Below are positions 43,701 to 46,994 of a stretch of DNA of 46,994 nt, piece after piece (the stretch's first letter is position 1; each line of letters starts with the position of its first letter). Both the position numbers and the translations under genes were made by a program. The notes under the pieces are model-generated. The model had not been told where the DNA came from, did not search any database, and was given only the letters and a program-made list of their open reading frames with translations. Origin of the DNA: Legionellaceae bacterium (lineage in GTDB: Bacteria > Pseudomonadota > Gammaproteobacteria > CBCSKA01); contig CBCSKA010000003.1 of NCBI GenBank assembly GCA_965140885.1, positions 1-46,994 of the forward strand. Reading direction: 5' to 3'.

Positions 43701-43810
43701 TAATTATTGGGGGAATGTCATTTGGTACTTTTTTAACATTATTTATTGTGCCTACTGCCTATATAGTGCTTGCTAAATTTTCTCATTCTAAAAAATCAGA
43801 AATACAATAA
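40763..43810 (+). CDS. RND efflux permease (AcrB/MexI/MexW-like)
   Basis: FIRRPV, AIGLVVDDAIVVLENI, ALTLSPMMC, RLRPIIMT. Confidence 0.95.
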   Translation: MKLTDIFIRRPVFSTVISLAILLIGFRAYVDLPVRQYPSIEASIVSVGTYYGGASAKLMEGFVTTPLERALSKVDGIDFMESTNTQGQSNISLHFHLGYDINKALTDVSNAVASARSELPKEIDSPIVSKEDTNANPTMFLSFSTKTLSEQQVSDYLLRVVQPQVATLPGVGGADIYSERQYAMRIWLNPDKMAAHHVTADEVATALNTNNVQTAAGRLEGKWQEFDVMAATDLNTPEQFNNIVIKQDNGYLIRLKDVGKAVLGVLSERSSAYINGIRTVVLAITPQPTANPLEVSKAVNKILPSIKERLPTGIEATLIWDSSKFIDQSIKEVRHTIIEAALCVILVIFLFLGSFRAVLIPVITIPLSLIGVCALMLMLGYTINILTLLAWVLAIGLVVDDAIVVLENIHRHIEEGMKPYDAAIKGAREIGFAVIAMTLTLAAVYAPIGFMNGVTGSLFREFAFTLASAVIISGIIALTLSPMMCSKVLRPEVTRKGFVAKIDEAFNRLMKAYQQFLIKVLNKKKWIILLASIIYIACYGLYKLLPSELAPMEDQGGIMTFSTGPTSANLAFTEKYTKMLEEVYKKVPDSIGYIVINGFPQGVNSSLSFLVLKPWAERKRTANEILQSLYMPILSIPGIRAFPMNLPPLPGSNAGNSIEFVIKSMASYDELNASIQKLFVKAQQNPKLLNLDTDLKLDKLQINIDVDRDKASDMGISANVISNTLNILLGEPIITRFVMEGRSYAVIPQLESNFRENASELNKVYVKTASGDLVPFSNIIQIKEILGPKSLNHFQQLRAAEISATPAPGYTLGEGLNYLKSIAKDLPKGMEIDYKGQSRQFIESGNEMLQTFSFALVFIFLVLAAQFESFRNPLIVMISVPLSLFGALLTMKIMGCSMNIYTQIGLVTLIGLITKHGILIVEFAEQLHKKGKNPIDSVIEAAGMRLRPIIMTTAAMVLGSLPLALASGAGSEARRQIGWVIIGGMSFGTFLTLFIVPTAYIVLAKFSHSKKSEIQ

Positions 43811-43841
43811 TTTTTTTTGTAATCTAATGTAGGAAAAGGGA

Positions 43842-45392
43842 ATGAGTAAAAAATTATTAAAGACAACCTCCCTTGTCTCATTAATGACAATGATATCGCG
43901 GATATTAGGTTTTATCCGCGATACCTTAGCCGCACAAATTTATGGAGCATCCGCCAGTGTTGATGCTTTTTATGTGGCTTTTAAAATCCCTAATTTTATG
44001 CGTAATCTTTTCGCAGAAGGGTCTTTCTCTCAAGCCTTTGTCCCTGTTTTGTCAGAATATAAACATCAGCGTGAAAAAGAAGATGTCAAACGTTTTATCA
44101 GTCATATTTCTGCTTCATTAAGTTTAGTATTACTGTTTATTACGGTAATCGGTGTCTTAGGTGCTCCCTTCATTATTAAATTATTTGCGCCAGGTTATAA
44201 ACCGGAATTGCCGCAATTTCAAATGGCATCCGATATGCTACGAATTACCTTTCCCTATTTAATGCTAATATCATTAACTGCATTAGCGGGTGCAATTTTA
44301 AATACGTATGGGAATTATGCATCTCCTGCTTTTACACCTGTTTTATTAAATATCATTTTAATTCTTGCCGCTCTTTATTTATCTCCTTACTGTAAAATTC
44401 CCGTTGAAGCACAAGCGTGGGGAGTTTTAGCAGCGGGTTTTATACAATTATTTTTTCAATGTTTTTATTTAGCCCGTAAGGGGTTTTTAATTCGACCTAA
44501 GTTAAATTGGCAAAATGAAGGGGTAAAAAGGGTATTAAAATTAATGATACCCGCCTTATTTGGTGCTTCAATAGGGCAATTAAGTGTATTATTAAATACA
44601 ATTTTCGCTTCATTTTTAGCAATAGGAAGTGTTTCTTGGTTATATTATGCAGACCGATTAGCGTATTTTCCCTTAGGGGTGTTTGGGGTAGCCCTTGCTA
44701 CCGTAGTTTTGCCGCATTTATCAGCAACCCATGCCCAAAAATCTCCCATGGCTTTTGCAAGCACCTTAGATTGGGGTATTCGTTGTAATTTATTAATAGG
44801 TATTCCTGCCGCAGTAACATTAATGGTATTAGCCGGTCCTTTAATCATTAGCTTATTTCACTATGGACAATTCACTTTTCATGATGTCGCTATGACCCGC
44901 CAAAGTGTATTAGCGTATTCATTAGGTTTAACTTCTTTTATGTTAGTAAAAGTGCTTTCTGCAGCTTTTTATGCCATTCAAGATATTAAAACACCGGTTA
45001 GAATAGGCATAATTTCTATTTTGATAGGAATATTCTTTAATTTTATTTTTGTTAATTGGATGGGGCAGAGTGGTCTTGCTTTAGGGACTTCCTTAAGTTC
45101 GTGGGTGAATACGCTATTATTACTGCATTTATTGCATAAAAGAGGTATTTATCAATTTCAACAAGGTTGGTTTTTATTTTTATTACGCTTACTGGTTGCT
45201 AATACTTTAGTCGGTTTTATCCTTTGGTCACTCAGTGGCAATATTGAACAATGGTTAATATGGCATTGGAATCAACGTCTTTTACATGTTTTTTATTTGG
45301 GAATCATGGCTATTTTAGCTTATCTTGCATCTTTATGGTTAACGGGCATGCGTATTCGTGATTTGCGTATTGTACAATCAATGGAGTCCTAA
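43842..45392 (+). CDS. murJ: Lipid II flippase MurJ
   Basis: SRILGFIRD, PNFMR.LFAEGSFSQAFVP, YADRL..FP.G.FG. Confidence 0.96.
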   Translation: MSKKLLKTTSLVSLMTMISRILGFIRDTLAAQIYGASASVDAFYVAFKIPNFMRNLFAEGSFSQAFVPVLSEYKHQREKEDVKRFISHISASLSLVLLFITVIGVLGAPFIIKLFAPGYKPELPQFQMASDMLRITFPYLMLISLTALAGAILNTYGNYASPAFTPVLLNIILILAALYLSPYCKIPVEAQAWGVLAAGFIQLFFQCFYLARKGFLIRPKLNWQNEGVKRVLKLMIPALFGASIGQLSVLLNTIFASFLAIGSVSWLYYADRLAYFPLGVFGVALATVVLPHLSATHAQKSPMAFASTLDWGIRCNLLIGIPAAVTLMVLAGPLIISLFHYGQFTFHDVAMTRQSVLAYSLGLTSFMLVKVLSAAFYAIQDIKTPVRIGIISILIGIFFNFIFVNWMGQSGLALGTSLSSWVNTLLLLHLLHKRGIYQFQQGWFLFLLRLLVANTLVGFILWSLSGNIEQWLIWHWNQRLLHVFYLGIMAILAYLASLWLTGMRIRDLRIVQSMES

Positions 45393-45393
45393 T

Positions 45394-46326
45394 ATGGATA
45401 TTATTCGCGGAATACACAATTTTCCCTTTCATTACGCCCCGTGTGTTGCCGCGATAGGTAATTTTGATGGCGTGCATAAAGGACATCAAACCCTTTTTGA
45501 AGAATTAAGAAAACTAGCCAATATTTATCAATTACCTGCTATTGCTATCACCTTTGAACCCCATCCAGCCGAGTTTTTTTCGTCGGATAATCCACCTGCA
45601 CGTTTAACAAGAATGAAAGAAAAATTATTTTTATTAAAACAATGTCCTTTAGATGCAACCTTAATTATTTCTTTTAATAAAAAATTCGCCGCTTTATCGC
45701 CCGAAGAATTTATACAACAAATATTAATCAATAAATTAAATATAAAAAGTTTATTAATAGGTGAAGATTTTCGTTTTGGTAAAAATCGCCAAGGAGATAA
45801 ACATTCCCTTCAAAAAGCGTCTGAACAATTTGGTTTTGAATTAAAAGTAATGCCTACCCTAAAAAATCAACTTGAACGTATTAGTAGTACACGTCTGCGA
45901 GAAAGCCTTACACAAGGTGATTTAACCAAGGCTCAACAATTATTAGGCCATCCATATAGTATGATGGGTGCTGTTGTCCATGGAACTAAAAGAGGCCGGC
46001 TTCTTGGTTTTCCTACGGCAAATATACACCTAAAAAGAAAGCAAACACCTTTGCTAGGGGTTTATGCAGTGGAAATGCTGGGAATTAATACTATTCCCTT
46101 AAAAGGAGTTGCTAATTTAGGTAAACGCCCTACAGTAGCGGGTACACGTATTTTATTAGAAGTGCATTTGTTTGATTTCAATCAAGATATTTATGGGAAA
46201 TTAGTTCAAATTAATTTTCTAAAAAAATTACGTAATGAAAAACGTTTCGATTCGCTAGATGATTTAAAGCATCAAATTATGCTTGATGTCGAAGCAGCAA
46301 AATCGTTTTTTGTACAACGCGCTTAA
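45394..46326 (+). CDS. ribF: Riboflavin kinase/FAD synthetase
   Basis: IGNFDGVHKGH, ISSTRLR, GRLLGFPTAN, EVHLFDF. ATG at 45394 preferred. Confidence 0.96.
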   Translation: MDIIRGIHNFPFHYAPCVAAIGNFDGVHKGHQTLFEELRKLANIYQLPAIAITFEPHPAEFFSSDNPPARLTRMKEKLFLLKQCPLDATLIISFNKKFAALSPEEFIQQILINKLNIKSLLIGEDFRFGKNRQGDKHSLQKASEQFGFELKVMPTLKNQLERISSTRLRESLTQGDLTKAQQLLGHPYSMMGAVVHGTKRGRLLGFPTANIHLKRKQTPLLGVYAVEMLGINTIPLKGVANLGKRPTVAGTRILLEVHLFDFNQDIYGKLVQINFLKKLRNEKRFDSLDDLKHQIMLDVEAAKSFFVQRA

Positions 46327-46629
46327 ATATTCTTAGATTAATCATTTTTTACTTACCCTTAAAGGTGCGTTGTAATCTATTGCTATAAACATGTTTTAAA
46401 CTCATAACACATTTTTTAGATTAAATATTCTTCACATTACGACAAATTGTTAGGAGTACTGATAGACGAATTGAAAAGATAAAACAAAAATTTATTTTCC
46501 AGACAATAAAAACCGCAGAGGAATTGCAATATTTCCTATTAAAAAATATTTTTCTTATTAGAGAAAGACAGATCCAAAAAACTTTTAAGATTTAATTTAA
46601 TGCTTAAAACAGATTTCACATCTAAAATG

Positions 46630-46994
46630 TCAAAGCCCAATAATATTAAAATAAACAGCACCTAAGCTTACGCTTGCCATGATTAACCATAATAATAAGC
46701 CTTGAAGAAATGCCTTAACACCGACTTCTTTGATCATAGCAATCGATATATTTAAGCCGATACAGTATAAGGCGACCACTAATCCCTGTTCAGCAAGGCG
46801 CTTAATAATGTTACTGATAGGCTGAATACCAGGAATATAAGTAACCATGGCAGCAGTCAATAAAAAACCTACTATGAACCATGGCTTTTTAACCGCAGCA
46901 TTCTGTTGAATTCTTTGACGACTATACCAAAAACTTATCGCTAGTGTTAATGGTACAATCCATAAAGCCCTTGCCAGTTTTATCGTTGTCCCTA
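46630..46994 (-). CDS. YeiH/putative sulfate exporter family protein, C-terminal part (runs off the window)
   Basis: Minus-strand frame reads ...TTIKLARALWIVPL...KPWFIVGFLL...ALYCIG... Confidence 0.75.
   Translation of the reverse strand, partial: GTTIKLARALWIVPLTLAISFWYSRQRIQQNAAVKKPWFIVGFLLTAAMVTYIPGIQPISNIIKRLAEQGLVVALYCIGLNISIAMIKEVGVKAFLQGLLLWLIMASVSLGAVYFNIIGL

Overview
AT-rich gammaproteobacterial chromosome segment. It is probably Legionellales/Coxiellaceae-like and host-associated; this is an inference from the eukaryote-like effectors. Positions ~1-10,000 form a decaying accessory island: a U-box/coiled-coil effector candidate, an IS256 end remnant, two IS630 elements (one dead, one apparently intact and interrupting a response-regulator gene), an hfq-like fragment, orphan ORFs and a TAG-broken ORF. 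The island also holds three copies of a GC-rich, 264-279 bp, highly base-paired non-coding element (4226-4489, 6541-6819, 9016-9279). Two copies differ at one base. The third is divergent but keeps the same stems through compensatory changes. One copy sits inside an IS630 transposase codon with no target duplication, so the element is mobile; it is the main candidate for an undescribed system. Positions ~10,000-46,994 are mostly core genes: emrAB, yajQ, lpxH, acnB, prfB (+1 frameshift), lysS, queA-tgt-yajC-secD-secF, suhB, trmJ, ccmGHI, recO-pdxJ, dapE, an RND pump, murJ and ribF. A CX5R (CKSGKDRT) phosphoinositide-phosphatase effector candidate lies among them. The supplied ORF track lists dapE on +, but it is on the minus strand.
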